A stretch of DNA of 64,000 nucleotides. Source: a virus. The stretch lies in IMG/VR virus record IMGVR_UViG_3300010316_000005, positions 32,001 to 96,000 of that record; one strand, 5' to 3'. Positions 18,496 through 27,784 of this stretch are shown piece after piece. The notes under the pieces are model-generated. The model saw only the letters and a program-made list of their open reading frames with translations. It did no database searches and was not told the origin of the DNA. Position numbers and translations under genes: made by a program. Numbering within the stretch: the first letter of the stretch is position 1; each line of letters starts with the position of its first letter.

Positions 18496-19216
18496 GTTAT
18501 TTTATAACTATTATGCTTATAAGATAAACATAGCAATGGATCTTTGTTTTATGTTCTCAAGCTATCACTCCTCCGGAAGGGGGCGTGATGGCGCTCGGGA
18601 GTTAATTGATACTTTTAGAGAACGTCTAAAGACTAAAAAATCATTTGAGCACCGGCGATGGAGTACTTTGCATAAAGTAACCAAGGAGTCAGTAAAACAG
18701 GCTGAGTTTATTTTAAGTTATTTAGATAATTACGAGTGCAAGACTCGCACAGAGTACGGACACCGTATGTCTATATTTACAAATGACGCAGTAGTAGTAG
18801 CTGCATTTAAAAAAGACCCTTATGGTCTTACTAAGGAAATCTACGAAGTAGATCCCGAGATCCGCGGGTTTCTTGAATTAAATCCAAAAACCTGTATTGT
18901 CAATGAGCCAACTGAATTTGAATTTAAGGTTTATTTAAAAGGACATCTTGATCCATCGTTTGCTAATTGGATCGATGGAAATCCAACCCAATGCAAAGTA
19001 GGCGATATTACACTGGGCAATATAAGAGAGCATGCCTGGATGGCAGGCAATTATATCTTTATTAAGAATAGAAAAATTCTAGACTTAGTAAATCTCATTA
19101 TCAGCCAAAATATTATCAAGATAGAGAATTTGATATACCTCGGTGATATTGATAAATACTTACATGACAACACAGAGCGAAACATTATTGACAACACAGA
19201 CTCACCCAATAGATAG
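18473..19216 (+). CDS. Hypothetical protein
   Basis: 247-aa ORF overlapping clpA end. Confidence 0.6.
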   Translation: MKPKKASKLFYNYYAYKINIAMDLCFMFSSYHSSGRGRDGARELIDTFRERLKTKKSFEHRRWSTLHKVTKESVKQAEFILSYLDNYECKTRTEYGHRMSIFTNDAVVVAAFKKDPYGLTKEIYEVDPEIRGFLELNPKTCIVNEPTEFEFKVYLKGHLDPSFANWIDGNPTQCKVGDITLGNIREHAWMAGNYIFIKNRKILDLVNLIISQNIIKIENLIYLGDIDKYLHDNTERNIIDNTDSPNR

Positions 19217-19505
19217 TTCTGAACTATCTGTAGTGGGCGACAAATATAAAGGAGACGGTTTCTACGGACGTAGTGACGGTCTCCATACTGTTCAATATTC
19301 TTATACAGAATTTACTGGATCAATCTATGTGGAAGCAACGTTAGCAACTGAGCCAACTGACAAAGATTGGTTTTCTGTTTTTACAACAACAGTTGAACAG
19401 GACGATGTAAGTGACATAATCAGTTTCACTGGTAACTACGTTTGGGTTAGAGCTCGCGCAGTTTATACTGATGGCACAATAAACAGTATAGTATTAAATC
19501 ATTAA
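19164..19505 (+). CDS. Small beta-rich late (virion) protein
   Basis: ATAAATA directly upstream. Confidence 0.55.
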   Translation: MTTQSETLLTTQTHPIDSSELSVVGDKYKGDGFYGRSDGLHTVQYSYTEFTGSIYVEATLATEPTDKDWFSVFTTTVEQDDVSDIISFTGNYVWVRARAVYTDGTINSIVLNH

Positions 19506-19514
19506 GGCAGGTAT

Positions 19515-19757
19515 ATGAATCATTTCGTAAGAGTAATTTTTGACAGTAGAGAAAATTTCACAGAGCAGCTAGACGAATCGGTTTTTCCGACACAGTCTCT
19601 TTTGGAAACGGCAGACGGCCGTCCTGTTATAGAAATTCCGCTACCAAAGGCGCTGTCAGAAGAAGAGTCAGATGAGTTTGCTGATCGTTTAATCAATTAT
19701 ATGATTGAACAAGGTCACAATGACTTTGACGTAGAAATATCAATGGATGAAGAATAA
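19515..19757 (+). CDS. Hypothetical acidic protein
   Basis: Operonic ORF. Confidence 0.6.
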   Translation: MNHFVRVIFDSRENFTEQLDESVFPTQSLLETADGRPVIEIPLPKALSEEESDEFADRLINYMIEQGHNDFDVEISMDEE

Positions 19758-20086
19758 TGCGTATTGAAGACTTAGAAGCAATGAATCAAGAACTGTCGTT
19801 TAACTTAGTCGACGACATGGCAATCTATATGAGAAATGACCCCAACTTTTATAGAAAGTCATTTTTCCCAGCATTGCAGCGCATGAAGGAAATGTACCAC
19901 AAGGGCGAAGAGTACGATCCAGCTAAGGAACTAGGACCAATGGTTAACAAAGCTGCTAAAAATTATTGTAAGAAATTTAAGATCCCAAGACGTCCAGAGG
20001 ATCTATTTGGCGACGACGACCAGCAAGAGTTAATTAAAAAAATATATAGCGAAGAGATGGCCAACATCAAACAGGATGTATACTAA
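19757..20086 (+). CDS. Hypothetical, candidate internal head protein
   Basis: TAATG coupling; N-terminus MRIEDLE. Confidence 0.6.
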   Translation: MRIEDLEAMNQELSFNLVDDMAIYMRNDPNFYRKSFFPALQRMKEMYHKGEEYDPAKELGPMVNKAAKNYCKKFKIPRRPEDLFGDDDQQELIKKIYSEEMANIKQDVY

Positions 20087-21222
20087 TGCGATTTTTAGAG
20101 TTTAACCAAACACTTACCGAAAAGAAGTTAGGCAGGGCCTTTAATCACTTAGAGGACCTTGTTTTCTTTCACGGTGTAAGTGGAGCAATTGAAGCTCTAG
20201 AACATTTAAAAGACTTTTCTTCAGAAGAAGGGTCAAATTCAATTCGCATGAAGTGGGACGGTAATCCACAGATATATTGGGGCAGAGAGCAAGCAGGCGG
20301 GCCACTAGTGCTAGTAGGTCACAACGCATGGTCGCGCGGTGCTATAGCCAAAAGCAAAGAAGAGATTGTTGACTTTATTGTTAACCAAAGTGGCAACGCT
20401 AAGTCAGAAGAAGAAGTAGCTGCTAGAAAAGAATTCGCAAACACATTCGCAAGTTTGTATGATTTGTTTGATCGCGCTACCCCAAGTAATTTTGAAGGCT
20501 ACGTTTACGCAGATGGATTGTTTTTAAATCCTCCAGAGCTAAAAGATGGCGTGTATACGTTTTGTCCGAACCCTAAATCACAAACTTGCTATCATGTTAA
20601 ACAAAGTAGCGAGTTAGGCAAGCAGATTGCTAAAGCACAAGTGATGGTTGTAGGACATGCGTTCTTCCCAGAATTTGGAATGCCAGATGACCAGCAGAAG
20701 CCAAAGACAAAGTTTAACGAATTCAACAATGTTCCAGAACTAATTGTTCTAGGTCCAGTATACAACACTACTCCAGTAAAAGTCGATACATCAGAGATTG
20801 ATGAAATCGAGGCTTACGCCAAACAACATGCAGGCGAAATAGAAAAGTTTCTAGCAAGTGTTGCTGGACTCAGTGACTTAAAGAATATCATCTACACTTA
20901 CGTAAACCAAACAGCCAAAGCCAAACAACTCGATAGCCTAAGTGCTGCGCATTTCTTTGACTGGGTTAAAAACAGCAGAGTTAGTGACAATAAGCAAAAG
21001 AAGATTTACGAACTTAATCAACAACAAAACAATGTAATGGACGTAATCTTTACATTAGTTAAAAGAATTCAAGCAGCTAAAGATCATGTTATTGATCAGG
21101 TAGAGGGCGAGCAAGGCGACATTTGGGATACTAATGGCGAGGGAAGAGTTCGTTATGCTGGAGATGATAAACAACACGGACACGTTAAACTTGTCCCACG
21201 AAAAAGATGGACACCGAGCTAA
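20086..21222 (+). CDS. Nucleotidyltransferase/RNA-ligase-like protein (DUF6267-like)
   Basis: HLEDLV...MKWDGNP (KxDG), ADGLF, EGRV, KLV motifs. Confidence 0.55.
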   Translation: MRFLEFNQTLTEKKLGRAFNHLEDLVFFHGVSGAIEALEHLKDFSSEEGSNSIRMKWDGNPQIYWGREQAGGPLVLVGHNAWSRGAIAKSKEEIVDFIVNQSGNAKSEEEVAARKEFANTFASLYDLFDRATPSNFEGYVYADGLFLNPPELKDGVYTFCPNPKSQTCYHVKQSSELGKQIAKAQVMVVGHAFFPEFGMPDDQQKPKTKFNEFNNVPELIVLGPVYNTTPVKVDTSEIDEIEAYAKQHAGEIEKFLASVAGLSDLKNIIYTYVNQTAKAKQLDSLSAAHFFDWVKNSRVSDNKQKKIYELNQQQNNVMDVIFTLVKRIQAAKDHVIDQVEGEQGDIWDTNGEGRVRYAGDDKQHGHVKLVPRKRWTPS

Positions 21223-22295
21223 TGATATTAAGACAACTTTTTGAATCAAACGAAACTGTAGGTTTAATCTTTGGAAGATTTAATCCGCCTCACAAGGGGC
21301 ATAAAGCAGCTTGGGAAATGATGGCAAAGAATAATGCTTGGTACGTCGGAACAAATAAGTCAACACAAGGTCCAAAAGATCCACTCCCGTATGATGTTAA
21401 AATTAAAGCAATGGAAACTATTTGGCCAGAAGTAGCAAAGCATATCGTTCCTCACCAAAGCTGGTTAACACTTGCTAGTGAAATCTATAAGAAGCACGGC
21501 AGTGTTACACTAAATGTATACACAGACGAAGCATGGGTTATAAAAGCGTTGAATCAATACAACGGAGTTAAGAAACCAGACGGGCACGGCTTCTATGATT
21601 TCAAAGACATTGTAAGTGTCCAGACTCCTCGTTTAAGTTCAGCAACGGCACTTCGAAAAGCAGTAGCAGATGATGACCGAGATGCATTTGCCGATGCAGC
21701 AGGCGTTCCTGCTGACACACCTGTAGCAGGTACTCCGTTCTTTGACTTAGTAGCACAACACTTAGGACAATACAAAAAAGAGTCAGCAGTAGCGGAAACT
21801 CCAAAAGACGAAGTAATAGCTAAGATTGTGCCAAAGCAAAAAGAAAGAATGATCGATAAGGTATTAAAATATCTAGACGCTAAAATAAACTCAGATACTG
21901 ATAAAAAGAAAACTATAGACAGTCACGCTTTTGACATTGGTCAAGAAGTTAGGCTAGATCAAATTGGTCTTACTCCAAGGACACTAGCAAAAGCATACAA
22001 ACAAGCTACCGGAATACCGGCATCAACTTACGAAAATGAAGTAGAGGAAGGTATGCCGCCTGCAGGTACAAAGGTCACTGTTGCTGTTAAAGACAAGACT
22101 ATTGGAACATTTGATCTACCACCTGATGCAGAACCACATCATGTAAATATTATGCTCAAAAAGATGGCAAAGATGATACCATTGCCGGAACTAGAGCGCA
22201 TAAGCATTTCAAGAAAAATTGCATCAGGCAAAGCAGCTAACTGGCAAGGTGTTGACTTTCAACCGCAGAGCAGTCGTCCGAAAGGAATGACATAA
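21222..22295 (+). CDS. Cytidylyltransferase-like (HxGH) protein with C-terminal extension
   Basis: FGRFNPPHKGH, DPL, SSATALR. Confidence 0.7.
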   Translation: MILRQLFESNETVGLIFGRFNPPHKGHKAAWEMMAKNNAWYVGTNKSTQGPKDPLPYDVKIKAMETIWPEVAKHIVPHQSWLTLASEIYKKHGSVTLNVYTDEAWVIKALNQYNGVKKPDGHGFYDFKDIVSVQTPRLSSATALRKAVADDDRDAFADAAGVPADTPVAGTPFFDLVAQHLGQYKKESAVAETPKDEVIAKIVPKQKERMIDKVLKYLDAKINSDTDKKKTIDSHAFDIGQEVRLDQIGLTPRTLAKAYKQATGIPASTYENEVEEGMPPAGTKVTVAVKDKTIGTFDLPPDAEPHHVNIMLKKMAKMIPLPELERISISRKIASGKAANWQGVDFQPQSSRPKGMT

Positions 22296-22513
22296 TGGAT
22301 TTAGGTGAACTTAAAAAGCTAGCTGGCATTACGAATGAGTTCCATGGGTATAAGCCAGTTGAAGAAAACATCTCAGTTACAGGAACTGAGAAGCGCAGAA
22401 TAGAAAAAGAAAAAGGAATCGAGCCCGGCGCAGACGAATGGTTTAAGCTTTGGTTTTCTCTTCCTGGACTAACAGGACAGCATACTCCTGCTTTTAGAGG
22501 ACGTAAAAAATAA
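22295..22513 (+). CDS. Small hypothetical protein (ELKKLAGI motif)
   Basis: TAATG coupling. Confidence 0.6.
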   Translation: MDLGELKKLAGITNEFHGYKPVEENISVTGTEKRRIEKEKGIEPGADEWFKLWFSLPGLTGQHTPAFRGRKK

Positions 22514-23853
22514 TGAAGATGAATGAAATTGATTGCTGGAAGGGTTATAAAAAGCAAGGTACAAAAAAAGGCAAGAATGGAAAGCGTGTAAATAACTGCG
22601 TCAAAGAAGATGGCCGTATTGTCAAAGGGGTTAACACCACAGTTGATGTAGGTGTTAACGAAATTCCTCGCCAGGCAGAGAAGTTCGGTAATAAAGTATC
22701 CAAGGACGGGTATCCTCCTAGTATGTCTCCTATTGTAAAGCCTAAGGCAACAACTGTCAAGGAAAATAATAGTCCAAGATACACTGCTTATGAATGGGCA
22801 CTTATAGAAGGCGGACATGTGCTAGACAAGCCGACGCCGAGTATTTCGGCACTAGCAAAGAAGCACAATGTTAGTACCGGAACTATTTTAAAACAGCTTG
22901 AAAAAGGCATCGAAGTGGAATACGAGCATACTAGTGATTTTGACATTGCTAAAGAAATTGCACTAGATCATCTATCAGAATTTCCTGACTATTACACTAG
23001 ACTAAAAAAAGCAGAAACAGAAAGCGTAAGAGAGTTTCGCAAGGCAGGCGACTTATTTGCTGCACTAACTGAGGGCGTTATAGTACAGCTCGAGCGCGGC
23101 GATGATATGGATATACTGCACTTCAGAGATTCGAAGAAGCCAGGTCGTGTAGAAGTGCGCGGCAAGAAGGGTTATGAAGCTGGAGGCTATGATCCTAAGG
23201 ATCCGTTGCACCAAACATTAGACAAGCTAGGCAAAGCTGCTAATATCTCAGATTTAATGAATGGCGAAAAGATTGCTATCAATCCTCATCATCCGCATGG
23301 TAAACGTGCATTAGACACAGCACAAAAGGTTATGAGCGAAGAAGAGGGCGCACAGCCCATTACTCCGCCACTACTTAAAAAGCTAGAGTTTCACATTGAC
23401 AAAATGTTTGCTAGCCTCGGAATGGACGTTGAGTTTACTAGACACTTTCTTGATCGCGTAAATGATCCTAGAAATCAAAGACAAATAACTGTACAAGAGC
23501 TAGCTAGACTATTTAAAGAAACATATCGCAAGTGGGGCAAAAAGATTTCTCAAATGGGGCCGGATGCACAAGCTGTTATTAAAGATATGCAAACTGATAT
23601 TAACTTGCCGTTTGTACTAAACTGGGACAAGCAGAACCAACAACTTGATTTAGTTGCTAAAACAATTATGCGCAAGAAGAATTTTACAACGCCGAATCAG
23701 CAGCTTCCATTAGAAAACACTGCTAACGAAAAGGCTCCTCCGGGTAGAGAAAAGCAAGTCAAAAAACTTAAAGGCAAGTTTGATGACCCGGGCGCACCAT
23801 ATGCTATAGCGTGGGCGCAGCACAACAAGAGCGGGAAACCTAAGAAAAAATGA
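22513..23853 (+). CDS. Modular multi-domain protein (includes DUF5661-like module)
   Basis: CWKGYK..NC; GIEVEYEHT..IALDHL..PDYY; FTRHFLDRVND; APPGREK modules. Confidence 0.6.
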   Translation: MKMNEIDCWKGYKKQGTKKGKNGKRVNNCVKEDGRIVKGVNTTVDVGVNEIPRQAEKFGNKVSKDGYPPSMSPIVKPKATTVKENNSPRYTAYEWALIEGGHVLDKPTPSISALAKKHNVSTGTILKQLEKGIEVEYEHTSDFDIAKEIALDHLSEFPDYYTRLKKAETESVREFRKAGDLFAALTEGVIVQLERGDDMDILHFRDSKKPGRVEVRGKKGYEAGGYDPKDPLHQTLDKLGKAANISDLMNGEKIAINPHHPHGKRALDTAQKVMSEEEGAQPITPPLLKKLEFHIDKMFASLGMDVEFTRHFLDRVNDPRNQRQITVQELARLFKETYRKWGKKISQMGPDAQAVIKDMQTDINLPFVLNWDKQNQQLDLVAKTIMRKKNFTTPNQQLPLENTANEKAPPGREKQVKKLKGKFDDPGAPYAIAWAQHNKSGKPKKK

Positions 23854-24683
23854 GCAACTTGATATTATCAGCAATAGAATTTAATAGAATTTTCCCAAGG
23901 GCGTTTAATCCACGAATAATTTATCGAGAGATAGAAGAAAAATTTCCGCGCTATGGCGTAACAACACCAGTGCGGATTGCAGGATTCTTATCACAAGTAG
24001 GTCACGAATCCGGGGGCTTTTCGCTCAAAGAAGAAAACTTAAACTATTCAGCAAAGGGGTTACGCTCAACATTTGGAAAATATTTTAGAAGTGTTAACGC
24101 GGACAACTATGCCAGACAGCCTGAAAAGATCGCTAACTATGTATACGCAAATAGAATGGGCAACGGTACTCCATCTAGCGGCGATGGATGGAAATATAGA
24201 GGTCGTGGATTTATACAGTTAACTGGCAAAAACAACTATACTCTATTTGCTAGAGATATGGAACTGACCATCGATGAAGCTATTGAATATCTAGAATCAA
24301 CTGAAGGCGCAGTTGAGAGCGCCCTATGGTTTTGGAATCGCAATAGACTAAATCTATATGCTGACAAACGAGATGTACGTGGAATGACCAGACGCATTAA
24401 TGGAGGCTACAACGGCATTGATGATCGAATCAGTCACTGGAATCATTTACTTAATGTATTAAAAGACGATAGCTCTGTGCGAGAAAACCGAGTTAGTAAT
24501 ATTGTACTTAAACTAGGTTCAAGAGGAAATGAAGTTGCTAAGATGCAAAGAGCACTAGGATTGACAGCAGATGGAAGATTTGGCCCTAACACCGAAGCAG
24601 CCGTTAAAAGCTTTCAAAGAGCAAATCAATTAATTGTAGACGGCGTAGCTGGACCAAACACACTAAGAAGGATATATAGATAA
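23850..24683 (+). CDS. GH19 chitinase-like endolysin with peptidoglycan-binding domain
   Basis: FLSQVGHESGG, ENLNYS, YRGRGFIQLTG, RINGG; LKLGSRG..V..Q..L...DG.FGP.T. Confidence 0.9.
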   Translation: MSNLILSAIEFNRIFPRAFNPRIIYREIEEKFPRYGVTTPVRIAGFLSQVGHESGGFSLKEENLNYSAKGLRSTFGKYFRSVNADNYARQPEKIANYVYANRMGNGTPSSGDGWKYRGRGFIQLTGKNNYTLFARDMELTIDEAIEYLESTEGAVESALWFWNRNRLNLYADKRDVRGMTRRINGGYNGIDDRISHWNHLLNVLKDDSSVRENRVSNIVLKLGSRGNEVAKMQRALGLTADGRFGPNTEAAVKSFQRANQLIVDGVAGPNTLRRIYR

Positions 24684-24862
24684 TGAAGATTAACGATATC
24701 ATACAAGAGACTACAAGTGCAGGTGCAGTAGCAACAGTAGCAGCGCCAGTTGGCAAATTACAAAAACGCAATAATATGTACAACAGCGATGGCACAATGA
24801 AGAATGCCTTAGATCAAGATAACATTCTCTCTAATGGCAAGCCGAAAAAAAAGAAAAGATAA
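24683..24862 (+). CDS. Small basic protein MKINDIIQETTSAGAVA... (59 aa, not in ORF track)
   Basis: TAATG coupling to endolysin; open to TAA 24862. Confidence 0.65.
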   Translation: MKINDIIQETTSAGAVATVAAPVGKLQKRNNMYNSDGTMKNALDQDNILSNGKPKKKKR

Positions 24863-24886
24863 ATACGTTAACTCCGGAGATAACAA

Positions 24887-25366
24887 ATGACAAAAAAGAA
24901 AACAAATGAAGGACTTGGCGAGCTAGCTGACGCAGCAGAAAAGGACCACGAAGTACAGATGGCGCGTGCCGACTGCTACAAAATAGCAAAGTATGCTATT
25001 CAGTTACACGACCTTTTAAAGAAAGTTACCGAAGAGGAAGGTCTTGAAGGATGGCAGCAAGCTAAGATTACAAAGGCCGCTGACTACATATCAAGTGTAT
25101 TTCACAGCCTCGAGTATGACGAAAAAGTAACCAACAACGACGATGCGTCAGTAATGGACATTGCTATGAACACCAAAGAAGCAAGAGAATCAACTGACGT
25201 ATATAAGTCAAAGCTACATTCAACACTTAGAGAAAGAACTGAGAAAATTGGATGTACTGGTTGCGATGAAGTTTCAACTAAAGCAGCGTGGCAGAAGAAT
25301 AGCGGCACTTGCCCTAAGTGCAAGAAATCATCACAGGGCGTAGCAGAAGCAAAGGTAAAAAAGTAA
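24887..25366 (+). CDS. Hypothetical protein with C-terminal CxxC...CxxC
   Basis: Late motif and GGAG; LEGWQQAKITKAADYI. Confidence 0.6.
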   Translation: MTKKKTNEGLGELADAAEKDHEVQMARADCYKIAKYAIQLHDLLKKVTEEEGLEGWQQAKITKAADYISSVFHSLEYDEKVTNNDDASVMDIAMNTKEARESTDVYKSKLHSTLRERTEKIGCTGCDEVSTKAAWQKNSGTCPKCKKSSQGVAEAKVKK

Positions 25367-25542
25367 TGTATAAAAAAGTAGAAGATATATTTAACGGAAC
25401 AGACAGCAATCGTGCTGATCCTACTCCAACTTCAGTTGCGCCGTCGCAACCAGCACCCCAAAAAGCAGAAGCTGATATGACAGAAGCTGATAAGATTAGG
25501 GCGATGGGAGACAAGCTTTCTGCGATTTGGGACAGTAAGTAA
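25366..25542 (+). CDS. Small hypothetical protein
   Basis: TAATG coupling on both sides. Confidence 0.55.
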   Translation: MYKKVEDIFNGTDSNRADPTPTSVAPSQPAPQKAEADMTEADKIRAMGDKLSAIWDSK

Positions 25543-26288
25543 TGGATTGGAATAAGCTACAGCATACGCTATATAATCTAGATCCAACAGATCGTCGTGA
25601 CGATATCGCTAAACTAACTCAGGTTGCACAAAGTGGTGCACCAACTGTGGCACCAACAAAAGATTACGTAACCGAAAGTGTTAATGTTCCGCAAGGATCT
25701 ATGCCATTGGGTATAGATTCAATCAGTGACTTTGCTGCACTTGCTGGCATTGTAACCGAAGGTAAACAAAAAGACGCAGATCAAGTTCGCGCAAAAGGTC
25801 CAATGCCTAAAGCAGAACCAGGACGCACAAAGCATCCATTCCAGGATAAGCTAGTAGGCGAAGAAGAAATTGACGAGGTAGGCGCGACTGACTTTGTTAA
25901 GGGACGATTTAAGCAAGGATACAACAACGCCAATAATCCCGCAGCCCTTAAGAATCCAGACGGATCTTCTAAACAGGCAGCAGCTAAAAAAGAACCGACA
26001 CGCATTACTGGAGGTATGTCAGGACAACGTATAGCTTCAGAATTAGGTGTCACTGAGCCGCAGCAATTTGCAAACGGTTACAACAAAATTAAATCAGGCA
26101 GACCAATTAACCGCAACGAGCAAATGGCTCTAGGTGCCGGCTTCGCACAGTTAATGAAAATGGACGACGTAAGCTTACGTAAAATGATGAATCAACTAGT
26201 GCAGCTTAGACAAGAGTCTGCGGTGCCAGCGAAGCGTACTGAATCAATTAAAGAAGAGCTTTACAGAAAACTCAATGCAGGAAAGTGA
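25542..26288 (+). CDS. Hypothetical, candidate internal head protein
   Basis: FAALAGI motif; low complexity. Confidence 0.6.
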   Translation: MDWNKLQHTLYNLDPTDRRDDIAKLTQVAQSGAPTVAPTKDYVTESVNVPQGSMPLGIDSISDFAALAGIVTEGKQKDADQVRAKGPMPKAEPGRTKHPFQDKLVGEEEIDEVGATDFVKGRFKQGYNNANNPAALKNPDGSSKQAAAKKEPTRITGGMSGQRIASELGVTEPQQFANGYNKIKSGRPINRNEQMALGAGFAQLMKMDDVSLRKMMNQLVQLRQESAVPAKRTESIKEELYRKLNAGK

Positions 26289-26880
26289 TGACAGCGCAGA
26301 AGACATAGTTTGGAAAACAGTTGATCCAGATGATATCTGGGTTATGGACAAACTTATTCTTTCGCGCAAGCTAGGATATAACTGCGGCCCTGTTGGCCAA
26401 GACGTTAGTGCAGCGGGCTGGTATATTGTAAGACCATGCGTGAATATGATAGGGCTAGGGCTAGGTACACAAAAAGTTTGGCTGGATCAAAGCACTATGA
26501 ATTTGCCAATAGGGTATTTTTGGTGTGAATGGTTTGACGGTGAACACCTTAGCATAGACTATTACAATAAAAATCAAATGCTTTGTGTAGCAGGAAAGAA
26601 ACCCGACGACACATTTACAAAGTGGACAAGCTGGCACAGAGACAGCTTCATCATGCCCTTTCCTGAGATATTAGATCAGCTTGTACACCAAGGATGGATA
26701 AACTGTGAATTTATAGGCGACCGGCTTATCGAAGTACATTTGCGCCGCAATGAAGACTTTGACGGAAATATTAATCGTTTTATACCGGTGTGGGAAGGGG
26801 AAGATACTAGCCCTCCCAAAGGTTACACATACCGTGAGTACCCAGATGTACACGGTCGTATCGGAGCATTTGTCAAATAA
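26275..26880 (+). CDS. ATP-grasp-like protein
   Basis: YIVRP, WCEWFDGEHLSIDY, NCEFIG..LIEVHLR. Confidence 0.5.
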   Translation: MQESDDSAEDIVWKTVDPDDIWVMDKLILSRKLGYNCGPVGQDVSAAGWYIVRPCVNMIGLGLGTQKVWLDQSTMNLPIGYFWCEWFDGEHLSIDYYNKNQMLCVAGKKPDDTFTKWTSWHRDSFIMPFPEILDQLVHQGWINCEFIGDRLIEVHLRRNEDFDGNINRFIPVWEGEDTSPPKGYTYREYPDVHGRIGAFVK

Positions 26881-26884
26881 ACAC

Positions 26885-26913
26885 TTGACAAAAGTTCAAC
26901 AATATCATATACT
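26885..26913 (+). promoter_or_regulatory. Sigma70-type promoter
   Basis: TTGACA-17-TATACT. Confidence 0.75.
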
Positions 26914-26936
26914 TAATTAAGAAATGGAGACTTATT

Positions 26937-27203
26937 ATGAGTGATCGCGTCTATGGACCAGAAGAAAAAAAGAAATTGGAAAGACTAGTTAGCGAAGGTG
27001 TAACTGTGTTACAAGAAGTCGAAGACTTGAACGCAGGTCTAAAAGAAACTATAAAAGCAGTAGCAGAAGAACTAAATGTAAAGCCATCGCTTATTACTAA
27101 AGCAATTAAGATTGCTAAGAATCGTGACTGGGGTCGCGTTAACGATGAGTTTGAAGATCTAGAAACAATCGTTGCAACAATTGGCGTAGACGATAATGAG
27201 TAA
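26937..27203 (+). CDS. Small dsDNA-binding protein (T4 DsbA/GapR-like)
   Basis: LQEVEDLNAGLKETIKAVAEELNVKPSLITKAIK helical pattern. Confidence 0.55.
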   Translation: MSDRVYGPEEKKKLERLVSEGVTVLQEVEDLNAGLKETIKAVAEELNVKPSLITKAIKIAKNRDWGRVNDEFEDLETIVATIGVDDNE

Positions 27204-27435
27204 GGAAATACCCGAACATCGGGATATCCTAGGAAACGTAGTTAAGGTAGACGATGTTGTCGTCTACCCTTCACACAATAGCCTAAAGATTGCACAGGTT
27301 AAAAAGTTAAACCCAAAAATGATTAATGTTTCGCCAGTTGGCAAAACGTATCATGATAGAAAATATCCAACGGATTTGTTAATAGTCGACGATCCTAAAA
27401 TTACATTATATATATTACAGAAGAGTAGCGCATGA
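27196..27435 (+). CDS. Hypothetical SH3-like protein
   Basis: DILGNVVKVDDVVVY. Confidence 0.55.
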   Translation: MSKEIPEHRDILGNVVKVDDVVVYPSHNSLKIAQVKKLNPKMINVSPVGKTYHDRKYPTDLLIVDDPKITLYILQKSSA

Positions 27436-27713
27436 TTAAAAAAATATTAAGCTTCTTTAGCGAAAGCCGAAAGGCGAGCCCGATTGCATTTTATTGTGAG
27501 ATGGCAGAAGCTGCATTACTAATTAGTGCTAGTGCGATTTTAGCATTTACTATTTTAGACCCAGCAACAAAATTGTTTGTGCCGCTGTATCTTGTTGGCT
27601 CAATACTAGGAATAATAAGCGCAGTTTATAGACGCGCTGCGTTTGTTATTGTGTTATGTAGTTGGTTCACTGCGATGAATTTCATTGCTTTGATTCAATT
27701 ATTCTTGCTTTAA
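27432..27713 (+). CDS. Small 3-TM membrane protein
   Basis: Hydrophobic throughout. Confidence 0.6.
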   Translation: MIKKILSFFSESRKASPIAFYCEMAEAALLISASAILAFTILDPATKLFVPLYLVGSILGIISAVYRRAAFVIVLCSWFTAMNFIALIQLFLL

Positions 27714-27784
27714 TAAATATCACAGAGTCGCTCACTTAAGAGCAGGTATAAGGTATGCTGGCCATAATCAGCAAGGAGAAATAT

